Shown here: positions 12,765-26,880 of the stretch, one piece after another | How the letters are laid out: each line of letters starts with the position of its first letter | Position numbering within the stretch: the stretch's first letter is position 1 | Assembly: GCF_009914755.1 (NCBI RefSeq) | Contig: NC_060926.1 | From: the human T2T-CHM13v2.0 reference genome, Homo sapiens | DNA: 64,000 nucleotides | Reading direction: 5' to 3' (one strand) | Program-made: the position numbers and the translations under genes | Notes under the pieces: model-generated | What the model was told of the DNA's origin: nothing | Database searches by the model: none | What the model saw: the letters and a program-made list of their open reading frames with translations, nothing else

Positions 12765-13380
12765 CTCATTTATTAATTCATTCATTATATTCTTATTGAG
12801 TGTGTACTCTGCATCAGGTGCTATGCTGTGTGTTAAAAGCTCAGCATTGTGGAACCATCTATTGGTTACCACCAAATATAGACTTTTCCTTATTTTTTCT
12901 CCCACTAGTAGAAAACAGAACTTGTTTAGGGCTATATCTAGCAAACTAGATTTGGCTGTATGATATAATTTTGGCTGGTATTATATAAGCAAATATCTTC
13001 AGAATGAGTCTGCCTGTGAAATTATCAGTTTTCTGTTTAGAAAGTTCATATTTGGCAGACACATGCCTTTCTTTGTCTTTTTTCCTCTCCCCATTCTTCC
13101 TTCCTAGCAATGGGATGCAATGAAGGGAGCTATAACACCCGTATTATGATGATAAGAATAGAAAGCAGGGATAGCTAAGCAGATAGATCAAAATAGCCTG
13201 GTTTGTTACTTCCTCAGGTAGCTAGATTATGTCTGGATTCCAGATTTTGTTGTCTGAAAAGTAAGCTTCTCATTGCTTAAGTGTCTCTTATAGGTTTCTC
13301 TCATATGTAGCCAAGTACAATTCATGATGATATAGTAAATAAAACACATGATGTTGTCCTCAGCAAACCTACAGTTTTAC
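12765..13380 (-). mobile_element. L2 3' end split by an MLT1 LTR (pieces ~12765-12847 and ~13335-13380)
   Basis: attcattcattatattcttattgagtgtgtactctgcatcaggtgctatgct resumes after the LTR as gtaaataaaacacatgatgttgtcctcagcaaacctacagt. Confidence 0.65.
12848..13334 (+). mobile_element. Old MaLR LTR (MLT1I/J-like)
   Basis: Starts tgtggaaccatctattggttaccacc and ends cttctcattgcttaag...tgtagccaagtacaattcatgatgatata. Confidence 0.6.
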
Positions 13381-13934
13381 AAAAATTAGAAATAAATTTT
13401 ATTCTCAAGTGAATGTCAATTTACTGCTAGTGACTGCCTGTAATATACTTTGCCATATTGACAATGATTCTGAAGCTTCTCCTAAGTCTATTGGCAAAAA
13501 GTGCAGTGTTTGATCAGCAATAAGCAGAGCGGTGGAAGGAGTGATTTATTTGCTATCCTTGGTGGGAAATATACCTGTCTATATAAGTGACTCCTGGCTA
13601 AAATTTTGTAATAGAACAATGTATAAAGTTAATATGCTAAGCAAATAATTTAAAAGCATGTAGAAAATAAAGGTTTGGTGTAAGCTCAGTGATCTGTGTT
13701 TACTTGTGTATGTAAATTATGTCTGGTTAAGTCTAAGCCTTAATATATATGGAAGTTCGAAATGCTCATGGAAAATGCATATTATGAGAAAACTACTCAT
13801 GGACTTCAACATTTTTTGCACCAAAATAAACTCATCGTACCTTGGTATAACATGTAACATGTCTGAACAGGATTTACTTTGAGGCAAGAAAAAAAATAAG
13901 AACTCAGTTTGAAAAGAGCCCTTATCAGAGCAAC

Positions 13935-15327
<1,393 letters not shown>

Positions 15328-15539
15328 ACCATATTTTTTTTTAACTTTTATCTTTTAATTCTATTTTTTCTATGAGCTTTTGGACATTCTTTCATATGGT
15401 ATGTGTACATGTGTGCGTCTGTGTGTATGTGTGCATGCACACACATACCAGTCTTTTTTTTTTCCTTTTTTATAGCATGGAAGGACACAAATTCAAATGG
15501 ACATGTTAAGAACTAATAAGGGCCAAGAAAAAGAGATTG

Positions 15540-16000
15540 GAGAGGAATATAACATTGTTTGTGCCCTTGAAGAATGTATTATCTAATGGAAGAAATAAAA
15601 TGAATACAAAATGTAAATAGCATATACTTAATATACTTTATAATATATAGAAAGTGAAATCCAAAATTTATCAATTCTGTATGAGAAAAAAATAAAGGTT
15701 TATTTAGACAAAGTAAAATAAGGAAAATCTCCTAGTTAAGACTGATCTTGAGTATATAAATCAGATGGGCACATAGAAAAGAATAGAGAGCATAGTTCTG
15801 ATGATGAGAATGATTCCTACAATAGCCATGATAAAAACAAAAGCAAGTTGCACATATACAACAATAAATACATCAACTCTGCTGGAGCAGAGATCCCAGA
15901 AATCAAGGTGGCTGAGATTCAGAGAGCAAAATAAAAGAAATATGCTTGGGTGAGGCAAAGACCTATACCTGGGGATTTTCAAAGTTCAGATGAAAGAGTT
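15540..16000 (-). mobile_element. L2 fragment
   Basis: gtgcccttgaagaatgtattatctaatggaaga...aaggaaaatctcctag...aaagagtttgaattctat. Confidence 0.55.
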
Positions 16001-16869
16001 TGAATTCTATAAATGAACATTAAAGAAGTAATTTCTCTTCCTCTCTTGTTTCATTTCAAAAAACAGTTTCTTTGGAATTTGTCTGTTTATGTCCTTCTCA
16101 TTTGGTCAAAGCGAGGCACAGAATTAAGGAAGAATGAAATAATGAATATATAAAGTTTGCAATTTGCTGGAAGGTAGATTATTTTAGTGCAAATTCTGCT
16201 CCATATTTATCTATCTACCCACCCACCAATACAAAAACAAACACCAGAAAGCAATTTTTTTCTTTTCCTCCATTCTTTTCTTCCTATCTCACTCTTCCAG
16301 ATTCCCTTTTTATTTTTAAGCAAAAGATTTCTTGTACATCAAATGGCTCTTTGAAAACAACATGCACTGAAGTAAAAGCAGGTCAGCCCAAAAGGAAAAG
16401 GCACACTTATTAGAGAACACACAACTGTGAATAAAGAGAGGGGAGCCTTTCCTTCTATGAAGAAAAAGTTTCCTAAAAGGGCAAGGGATGCTTTTGAACC
16501 CAGTGACAAGACTGTCTTTTAAATTCCCAAAAGGTCATATAATAATTGAGATTTAGTGTTTTTTTTTTTCCTAGCAGCAACTTCTACTAAGTGAACCAGT
16601 AAAAGTTAAGCACTTAAATTAACCGAGCTGAACATAGACCTAAACACCCCTAAGGCAGAAAATGACTTTTGCTTTGACTCTCCAAACTTTCATATCCCTA
16701 GTGACTATGAACACATGCCCCAAAGTCATTGCAGCTCAAATGCAAAACACATGAGATATTAGAAGCATTTTCAAACGTTGATTTCCACTTTTCTAGAGCT
16801 GTTATTTTACAACAACTTGGAGTTTGTCTTGGCAAAATTTCCAAAGACCTCAAAATTCTAGCTCTATCT

Positions 16870-17400
16870 CCCATTGCTGACTTTAATTCTCCTTTACAGT
16901 AACCACTTTTCCTCTCTAGCAACCATACTTTTCTGCCTTGAGTCCTTTGGCTATACTTTTTCCTTTACCTGGATTAAGATTTCTACTGGTAAAGCACTAA
17001 CCACCTTCAATATTTAGCTCAGATATTGAGCTATCGTCTTTACTGAAGCTTCCATGGTATCCCCTAATCTGAATTGGCCTGAATGATTATAGCAATTTGT
17101 TATGTTCCTGCTGCTCTTATTAACCCGGTGTCATATTACTTGTCCATCTTTCTGTCTTTTACTTTTCAATACCTAGATTCTATGCTCCCTGGGGAAAAGA
17201 ATGTGTATCTTTTTTATTTTCATGTTTTTTAAAAGAGGTTGGATCACATGGTTTTGAACATAGCAATTTTCCTATCGAAATCCATTGAATTAGACTGTAC
17301 ATTTAGCATTAACGTATTCACAATTTATGAAGCTCTACCTCTATCCTTGAAAAAGATATTTAGTAAGCACCTATTAGTTGACGTGAAAGACAAATGAATG
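16870..17400 (+). mobile_element. L2 3' region
   Basis: ctatactttttcctttacctgga, ccttcaatatttagctcagatat, ctagattctatgctccctggggaaaagaatgtgtatct and terminal aaatgaatg. Confidence 0.65.
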
Positions 17401-18244
17401 TGTATGCGTTCACAAACATGCACACATACACATATCTGTATATATATTATTTATGTATACATATTATGGGATTGTGTGTATATACGATAACCTCCTTGAA
17501 ACTATTAGACATATAAACAAAAAACAATTTGCAAATAATATGCAATTCAACAGAGAAACAGAAATTTTCCATTTTTCATCTATCAAATATAATGAAATCA
17601 ATCTAAAAAATACCTTATATATTACAAATGAGATTCCTAAAAAATCCTATAAAATTTCCAATTGTGTATCTTACTTGAGGTGTAAAAAATGCCAATATAT
17701 TTACAAAATTGTGTTTACATGTTTTTGAATGCTGAAGCCATAGTAGATGAAGTTAAATTCACTGAACATTGCATTGAGGCAAAATAGTTGCTTCTTCCAA
17801 CATACACAGTAGTTTCATGTAGCCTTTGAAAATCCCAAGTTGCCTCCTTCTTTTTGCTTTGGCTACATCTCTTTATTCTACCTCCAAAATTTTATAATCC
17901 AGATGAGACATTCTATCCATAAAGAGATGGATTAAATTCTAGCTCACCAATTAAGGGAAAGGTTTTTTAGAGGCTTGACTCTCAAAGGAGGTAAAAGGGT
18001 TAGCACAATTATTTGGTGTAATTTATTCCTACACAACTGTACTTCTCTCTGCCCGTATATCTCCCTCAGGGGAATTATTCTTGGCCTTAGGAAGACTCAC
18101 AAACTTGGGTTACCTTAGTGATGTTCTGAGTACCAAGACTCTTTCTTTCGCTAGTGATGGAAACACAGCTCAAATTAGTTTAAATCAAAAACAAAAGATA
18201 GGCCAGCTAGATCCATGAGTTCAATCAACTCTTCCTCACAACTT

Positions 18245-20420
18245 AAACAATTCTATTGTGTATATTTGAGGTTTACAACATGATGTCATGGGATACATAT
18301 AGTCACATAGATCCACATAGATACTTGTGGCTAGTACAATGGTTTCTATAATGAATCAGATTGACATAGCTATCATCTCACATAGTTACTTTTTGTGACA
18401 AGGGTAGCTAAAAATCTAGTTATTTAATAAAAATCCCAAATGGAATACATTTTTTTCTTTCTTTTTTTAATTGTACTTTAAGTTCTGGGATACATGTGCA
18501 GAACGTGCAGGTTTGTTACATAGGTATACACGTGCCATGGTGGTTTGCTGTACCATCAAAAAGTGAGTGAGGGTTATGAACAGACACTTCTGAAAAGAAC
18601 GGCCAACAAACATATGAAAAAAAGCTCATCATCACTGATCATTAGAGAAATACAAATCAAAACCACAATGAGATACCATCTCACGCCAGTTAGAATGGCA
18701 ATCATTAAAAAGTCAGGAAGCAACAGATACTGGAAAGGATGTGGAGAAATAGAAATGCTTTTACACCGTTGGTGGGAGCATAAATTAGTTCAACCATTGT
18801 GGAAGACAGGGTGGCGATTCCTCAAGGATCTAGAAGCAGAAATACCATTTGACCCAGCAATCCCATTACTGGGTATATACCCAGAGGATCATAAATCATT
18901 CTGCTATAAAGACACATGCACATGTATGTTTATTGAGGCACTGTTCACAATAGCAAAGACTTGGAACCAACCCAATTGCCCATCAATGATAGACTGGATA
19001 AAGAAAATGTGGTACATATACACCATGGAATACTATCCAGACATAAAAAAGTATGAGTTCATGTCCTTTGCAGGGACATGGATGAAGCTGGAAACCATCA
19101 TTCTCAGCAAACTAACACAGTAACAGAACACCAAATACTGCATGTTCTCACTTGTAAATGGGAGTTGAACAATGAGAACACATGGACACAGGGAGGGGAA
19201 CATCAAATACCAGCGCCTACCGGGGGGTGGGGGGTTAGGAGAGGGATAGCATTAGGAGAAATACCTAATGTAGATGATGGGTTGATGGGTGGAGAATACA
19301 ATTTTATTAACTTTAATCTTCACATTTCACGTTAGATTTCTAGACTTGTTCATCCTACCTATTTGCTGCTTGTATGAATGACAAACATCTCCCCACTTCC
19401 TCTCCTCCCATTCCCCATGATAACCACTATTTTATTCTCATTTCTCTGTGTTTGAGCTCTTTGTTTTTATTATATGTAATAAATGAGATCATGCAATATT
19501 CTTCTTTCTGTGTCTAGCTTATTTCACTTAGCATAATGTCCTCCAGATCTGTCTAGGTTGTGGCAAATGGCAGAATATCCTCTTTAAAGGCTGAATAATA
19601 TTTCATTATATATATACCACATTTTCATTATCCATTCATCCACTGATAATCACTTTAGTTGTTTCCATATCTTGACTATGGCGAATAATGCTGCAATGAT
19701 TGTGGGAGTGCAGATATCTTTACTGGGTAGTGATTTCATCTCCTTTAGGTATATAACCAGAATAGGAATTGCTAGGTCATATGGTAGCTCTATTTTTAAT
19801 TTCTTTAGGAAATTCTATACTGTTTTACATAATTGCTATACCAATATACACATCCACCAGTAGTGTGCAAAGGTTCTGTTTTTCTCAACACCCTCACCAA
19901 CATTTGTTATTTCTTGTTTTTTGATAATATTCATCCTTACGTATGTAAGGTCAAATCTCGTCTTGGTTTTAATTTATACTTCTTTTATGATTAGCGATGT
20001 TGAGTATCTCTTCAAATACCTGTTGCCCATTTTTATGTCTTCTTTAGAGAAACATCTTCTCAGGTCCTTTGCACATATTTCAATTGTGCTATTCGTTTTT
20101 ATTCTATTGAGTTGTTGAGTTCTTTATAAATTTTAGGTATTAATCCTTTATCAAATGTGCAGTTGCAGTGATTTATTCCCAGTTCATAGGCTGCCTTTTA
20201 ATTTTATTAATTGTTTCCTTTGCTGTGCAGAAACTTTTTAGTTTGATGTAGTGCCATTTATATATTTTTGTTTCTGTAGCCTGAGCTTTGGTGTCACATC
20301 TAAAAATCATTGCCAAGGCCAATGCCAAGGAACTTTTCCCCTGTGTTTTCTTGTAGGAGTATGGTGGTTTCAAGTTTTATATTTAGCTCTTTTATTCATT
20401 TTGAGTTGATTTTTGCACAG
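18245..20420 (-). mobile_element. L1MA (MA9/10-like) 3' end, interrupted at ~18450-19293 by a younger L1PA
   Basis: The 3' UTR tattgtgtatatttgaggtttacaacatgatg...aaaatcccaaatggaataca resumes after the insert as gaatacaattttattaact. Antisense ORF2 remnants follow (ORF 20173-20373: [28 protein letters not shown]). Confidence 0.88.
18450..19291. mobile_element. L1PA7-like 5'-inverted (twin-primed) insertion: minus-strand tail and terminal ~90 bp (18450-18559) joined to a plus-strand segment (18553-19291)
   Basis: A T-tail and ttgtactttaagttctgggatacatgtgcagaacgtgcagg... switch at ccatcaa to sense ORF2 (ORF 18545-19123), which ends at gggttgatgggtg. Flanked by gaataca(a)tttt repeats. Confidence 0.92.
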
Positions 20421-22000
20421 AGTGTATGCATGTCTTCTTTTGAAAAGTATATGTTCATATCTTTTGCCCACTTTTTAATAAAGTTGGGTTTTTACTAGTA
20501 AATTTGTTTAAGTCCTTTATGGATGCTGGATATTAGACTTTTTTCAGATGCACAGTTTGCAATTTTTTTCCCCCACTCTGTAGGTTGCCTGTTTACTCTT
20601 TTGATAGTTTCTTTCACTGTGCAGAAGCTCTTAAGTGTAATTAGATTCCATTTGTCAATTTTTGCTTTTGTTGCAGTTGGTTTTAGCAGCTTCATCATGA
20701 AATCTTTGCTCGTTCCTATGTGCAGAACAGTATTGCCTAGGTTGTCCTCCAGTGTTTTTATAGTGAAGTCTTTAATTCATTTTGATTTGGCTTTTGCATA
20801 TGGTGTTAAGGGGTCTAGTTTCAATCTTCTGCATATGACTAGCCAGTTATGCTAGCATCATTTATTGAATAAGGAATCCTTTCCACATTGCTTGTTTTTG
20901 TCAGCTTTGTCAAAGATCAGATGGTTGTAGGTGTGGGGCCTTATTTCTGAGCTCAAGCTCTCTATTCTGTTCCATTGGTCTATGTGTCATTTTTTTTTTC
21001 TTAACAAGTGCTATGCTATTTTGCTTACTGTAGCTCTGTAGTATAGTTTGAAGTTGGGTAGTGTGATACCTTCATGTATGTTCTTATTGCTTAGGATGGC
21101 TTTGGCTATTCTGCTCTTTTTTGGTTCCCTGTGAATTTTTAACTAGGTTTTTTTCTAGTTCTATGAAGAATGCAATTGGTTGTTTGATAGGATTACCATT
21201 GAATCTGTAAATTGCTTTGGGCATTATGGCCATTTTAATGATATTGATTCTTCCTATCCATGAGTATGGCATGATTTTCCATTTGTTTGTACCATCTCTG
21301 ATTTCTTTAATAGTGTTTTGTAGTTCTTTTTGTAGAGCTCTTTTACTTTCCTGGTTGGCTGTATTCATAGGTATTTTATTTCTTATGTGGCAATTGGGAA
21401 TGTGATTATGTCCCTGATTTGGCTCTCGGCTTGCCTGCTGTTGGTGAATAGAAATGCTACTGATTTTTGTACATTGATTTTGTATTCTGAGATTCTGCTG
21501 ATGTTGTTTATCACCTTAAGGAGCTTTTGGTCCAAGACTATGGATTTTTGTAGATATAGGATCATGTAATCTGCCAACAGGGATAGTTTGACTTCCTTTC
21601 TGCCTATTTGGATATTCTTTATTTCTTTCTCTTGACTGATGGTTCTGGCCAGCACTTCCAGTACTGTGTTGAATAGAAGTGGCAAGAGAGGACATCCTTT
21701 ACTTGTGCTGGTTTTCAAGAGGAATGCTTCCAGCTTTTGCCAGTATGTTGTTGGCTCTGGGTTTGTCATAGATGGTTTGTATTATTTTGAGGTATGTTCC
21801 TTCAATACCTAGTTTATTGACAGGTTTTAGCATAAATGGGGTGTTGAATTATATTCAAGAGCCTTTTCTGCATCTATTGAGATAATCATGTGGTTTTTGT
21901 CTTTAGTTCTGTTTATGTGATGAATCATCACATTTATTTTCCTATGTTGAACCAAACTTAAAATTCCAGGAATAAAGCCTACTTAATTATGGTGGGTTAG

Positions 22001-22290
<290 letters not shown>

Positions 22291-24597
22291 GATAAGCTTT
22301 TTGATGTGCTGCTAGATTCAATTTGCCTGTCATTTGTTGAGGATTTTTGCATCAGTATTCACCAAGGGGATTGGCCTGAAGTTTTCTTTTTTTGTTGTGT
22401 CTCTGCTAGGTTTTGGTATGAGTATGTTGCTGGCTCCATAGAATAAATTAGTGAGGAGTTCCTCCTTCTGATTACTGGTCTGTTCAGGGATTCGATTTCT
22501 TCCTGGTTCATTCTTGGGAGGGTATAAGTGTCCAGGAATTATCCAGTTCTTCTAGATTTTCTATTTTGTGTGCATAGAAGTGCTCATAATATTCTCTAAT
22601 AATTATTTGTATTTCTGTGGGATCAGTGGTAATATCCCCTTTGTCATTTCTAATTGTGTTTATTTGGATTATCTCCATTTTCTTCTTTATTAGTCTAGCT
22701 AGTGGTCTATTTGATTAATTTTTTTTTAAAAAAACAACTCCTGGACTTGTTGAACATTTGAATGTTTTTTCATGTTTCAGTCTCCTTCAGTTCAACTCAG
22801 ATTTTGATTATTTCTTGTGTTCTGTTAAGTTTGGGGTTGTTTTGCTCTTGGTTCTTTAGTTCTTTTAGTTGTGATGTTAGGCTAGTAAACTAAGATTTTT
22901 CTTTTTGACATAGGCATTTAGTGCTGTAAGTTTCCCTCTTATCACTGCCTTAGCTGTGTCTCAGAGGGTCTGGTATGTTATATCTTTGTTCTCATTAGTT
23001 TCAAAGACCTTCTTGATTTCTACCTTAATTTCATTATTTACCCAAAAACTATTTAGGAGCAGGATATTCAACTTCCATGTAATTGTATAATTTTGAGCAA
23101 TTTTCTTAGTCTTGGTCTCTAATTCTTTTGAGCTATGGTCAAAGAGAGTGGTTGTTATAATTGTAGTTCTTTTGCTTTGCTGAGGAGTGTTTTGTGTCTT
23201 ATTATGTGGTTCATTTTCAGAGTATCCCATATGCCACGTGGCAGTGAAAATAATGTATATTCTGTTGTTTCGAGGTGGAGAGTTCTGTAGATGTTTATCA
23301 GGTTTATTTGATCCAATGCTGAGTTCACATCCAGAATATCTTGTTGATTTTCTGCTTCATTGACCTAATACTGTCTGTGAGATGTTGAAGTCCCCCACTA
23401 TTCTTGTGTAGAAGTCTAAGTCTCTTTGAAGGTCTCTAAAAACTCGCTTTATGAAACTGGGTGCTCCTGTATTGGGTGCACATATATTTAGAATAGTTAG
23501 GTCTTCTTATTGAATTGAAACCTTTACCATTATGTAATGCCCTTATTTGTCTTTTTTGATCTTTGTTGGTTTAAAGTCTGTTTTTTTTTTTTCTGAAATT
23601 AGAATTGCAACCACTGTTTTTTCTGATTTCCACTTGCTTGGTAGATTTTTTTTCCATTTTTTTTATTTTGAGCCTATGGGTATGATTGCTTGTAAGATAG
23701 GTCTCTCAAAGACAGCATAACAATGAATCTTGGGTCTTTATCCAGCTTGCCACTCTGTGCCTTTCACTGAAGCATTTAGCCAATTTACATTCAAGGTTAG
23801 TAATGAAATGTGTGGATTTGATCCTGTCACCATGATGCTAGTGGTTATTATGCAGACTTGTTTGTATGATTGCTTTATAGTGTCACTGGTCTGTGTACCT
23901 TAGTGTTTTGGTAGTGTGTGGTAACAGTCTTTCCTTTCCATATTTAGTGCTTCCTTCAGCAGCTCTTATAAGGTAAGTTTGGTGGTAACAAACATCCTCA
24001 GCATTTGCTTGTCTGAAAAGGGTCTTATTTCTCCTTTGAGTATGAAGTGTAGTTTGGCTGGATATAAAATTTTGGGTTAGAATTTCTTTTCTTTACAAAT
24101 GTTGGATATAGGCCCCCAATCTCTTCTGACTTGTAGGGTTTATGCTGCAAAGTCAGCTGTTAGTCTGATGAGCTTCCCTTTGTAGGTGATCTAACCTTTC
24201 TTTCTAGCTGCTTTTAACATTTTTTTCTTTCATTTTGAACTTGAAGAATCTGATGATTATGTGTCTTGGGGATCATCTTCTTGCAAAATATTTTGCTGGG
24301 TTCTCTACATTTTCTGAATTTGAATGTTGGCTTCTTTAGTTAGGTTGGGGAAGTTCTCATGGATGACATTTTGAAGTATATTTTCCAATTTGCTAACATT
24401 GTCCCCATCTCTTTCAGGGACCATGAGTCATTGATTTGGTCTCTTTACATAATTCCATATTTCTTGGAGGTTTTTTTGTTCATTTTCATTCTTTTTTCTT
24501 TATTCTTGTCTGCCTGTCTTATTTCAGAAAACTAGCCTCTAAGCTCTGAGATTCTTTCTTCTACTCAGTCTATTTTACTATTAGTGCTCGTGATTAA

Positions 24598-24957
<360 letters not shown>

Positions 24958-26880
24958 CTATCTGGTGAGTTCTGTTCTTTTCTATACTGGCTATTTTGTC
25001 TGTCAGCTTCTCTATCATTTTATTCTGATTCTTAGCTTCCTTGGACTGGGTTTCAACATACTCCAAATCTCAATGATCTTTGTTTCTATTGATATTCCTA
25101 ATTCTGTTTCTGTCATTTTAGTCATCTCAGCCTGGTTCCCAACCCTTACTGGAGAGGTAGGGCAGTTGTTTGGAGAAAAAAAACCAAGACACTCTGGCTT
25201 TTTGAGTAGTGAACATTCTTGTGCTGGTTCTTTCTCATCTTTGTGGGCTTATGTTCTTTCAATCTTTGAAGTTGCTGACTTTTGGATTTTTTTTTTCATT
25301 ATATTTGATGACCTTGAAGGTTTGATTGTGGTATAAGGTGGGTTTCAGTCTACTGGCTTTTTTCTGGAAGGTTTTAGTGGGCCTATGCTCAGCTCCAAAC
25401 TCCTGCACTGCATGCTTTAACTCTGGGGAACTTGCATCAGCCCCGACTTTGTTTTCTGGCTCCTCAAGATTAGGAATCCACTGCACCGAGGGTGTCAAGG
25501 TGATCCCAGACTGCTGGTCACTACACTCCAGTGGGATGTGCCAGCCAGTGTTTCATAGCATGGTGGCAGTGGGATCTGGGCTCCTTATCATGTGCCAGCA
25601 GCAGTGGCAGTGGCAGCATGGCAGGGTGCACACTTATTAGTTGTGGTAGGGTGCTAGCACATGCTGGTGTTCCTGTCACCATGTGGACATTCACAACAGT
25701 GGCAGAGGCAGCACACCATATGGTGGGGTTGGGGGAGTTTGGGGTCCTACTGGTGACTGTGCATGGAGTTGTGTTGGTGGTGGTGTTAGCATGGGGGCAA
25801 AGATGAGAGGCTGGTGGGTGTCTAGGTCTGTGTGAGCTCTCGGTGTGCTGCAAGCAGGGGTGGTCACTCAGGGCGGGGGAAGGTCTGCTGTTCTCTGTGC
25901 CTAGTTTCACTCCTGCAGCAGTGTTGTTTCAGGGAAGGGGTGCTGGTGGGGGTGGGAGCTGGCTGGCTCTGTACATGCCAAGGCTCCAACTGCAATGGTG
26001 GTATGGGGGCAGGGGGCAGAGTGCACTCATGCTGCAGCAGTGGCAGGGGTCAGGGGGGATGCACACATGCTCACTGGCAGGGCAGGGAAGGAAAAACCCA
26101 CTCATACACATATGCACCAACAAAGCGATGTTAGGGGTGGCCGTGGGCCTGGGAGAAGCTGCAGTGGTGGGCAGGGAGTGAGAGGGCTGTTGCATGGCCA
26201 TGGGGGCTGCCCCATTGGAGCTCTCTGCCAGTCAGGCCCAGTCCACAAATGCAGGAGATGTGATGTGGGCACCTGAGGCTGCCCTGCACACAGATGTGGC
26301 CAGACTGGGGTGCTGGGAGAGTCCAGCAGAGCAAGAGGTGCTCAGGTCAGATCAACCCCATCTGATGGGCAAGACCACCCTGCAGATTTCAGGTCTGACA
26401 GTTCCCCTAGGGCCAGAGTCTCCTATGGGAGCAAGTCAAGCCTAGGGGGATGGGCATCCCTGGCCATGATCCAGTATAGAGGCTCCCACATCAAACCCTC
26501 TGGGCTTCACATCAGCTGATATGCTGCTTCTACCCTTTCTCTAAGAAGCTCTCCCTGCCAACTTGAGTGTCTGTGGTGGTCGAGAGTTCTCTTCCTATTG
26601 GGATTCCAGAGGCCCATGGTGGCAGCAAGTTGCTTCTTGCCAGTTCAACTCACCTGTTCCTCCAGAGCCATTGGAGTCCAGGATCAAATTCCAGTATGTG
26701 ATAACCCCATGCAGAGTTCCCAGCTTCCTTCTCCTTCAACCTATCTGCTGTGTCTTTCCTCTGTCCACTCTCAGTGCCTTCCCTCTGAAGATCTGTTAGG
26801 AGTACACCAGTCATCTTGGTCCCTCAGTGGCAGCTTTTCATCTGGCTGTGTCTAGTCAGCCATCTTATCCAGCCTCCCCC

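Noticed and set aside
18545-19123. Longest ORF (192 aa) as a protein-coding gene
   Set aside because: It is the L1 ORF2 C-terminus in the inverted arm. It starts at a non-ATG codon spanning the inversion junction, and the zinc-knuckle cysteines are mutated (YWKGC...HRWWEH).
25259-26855. Dense cluster of overlapping ORFs in GC-richer DNA, suggesting a gene or CpG island
   Set aside because: This is the L1 5' UTR. High GC lowers stop frequency, CpG is depleted, and no ORF has a recognisable domain.
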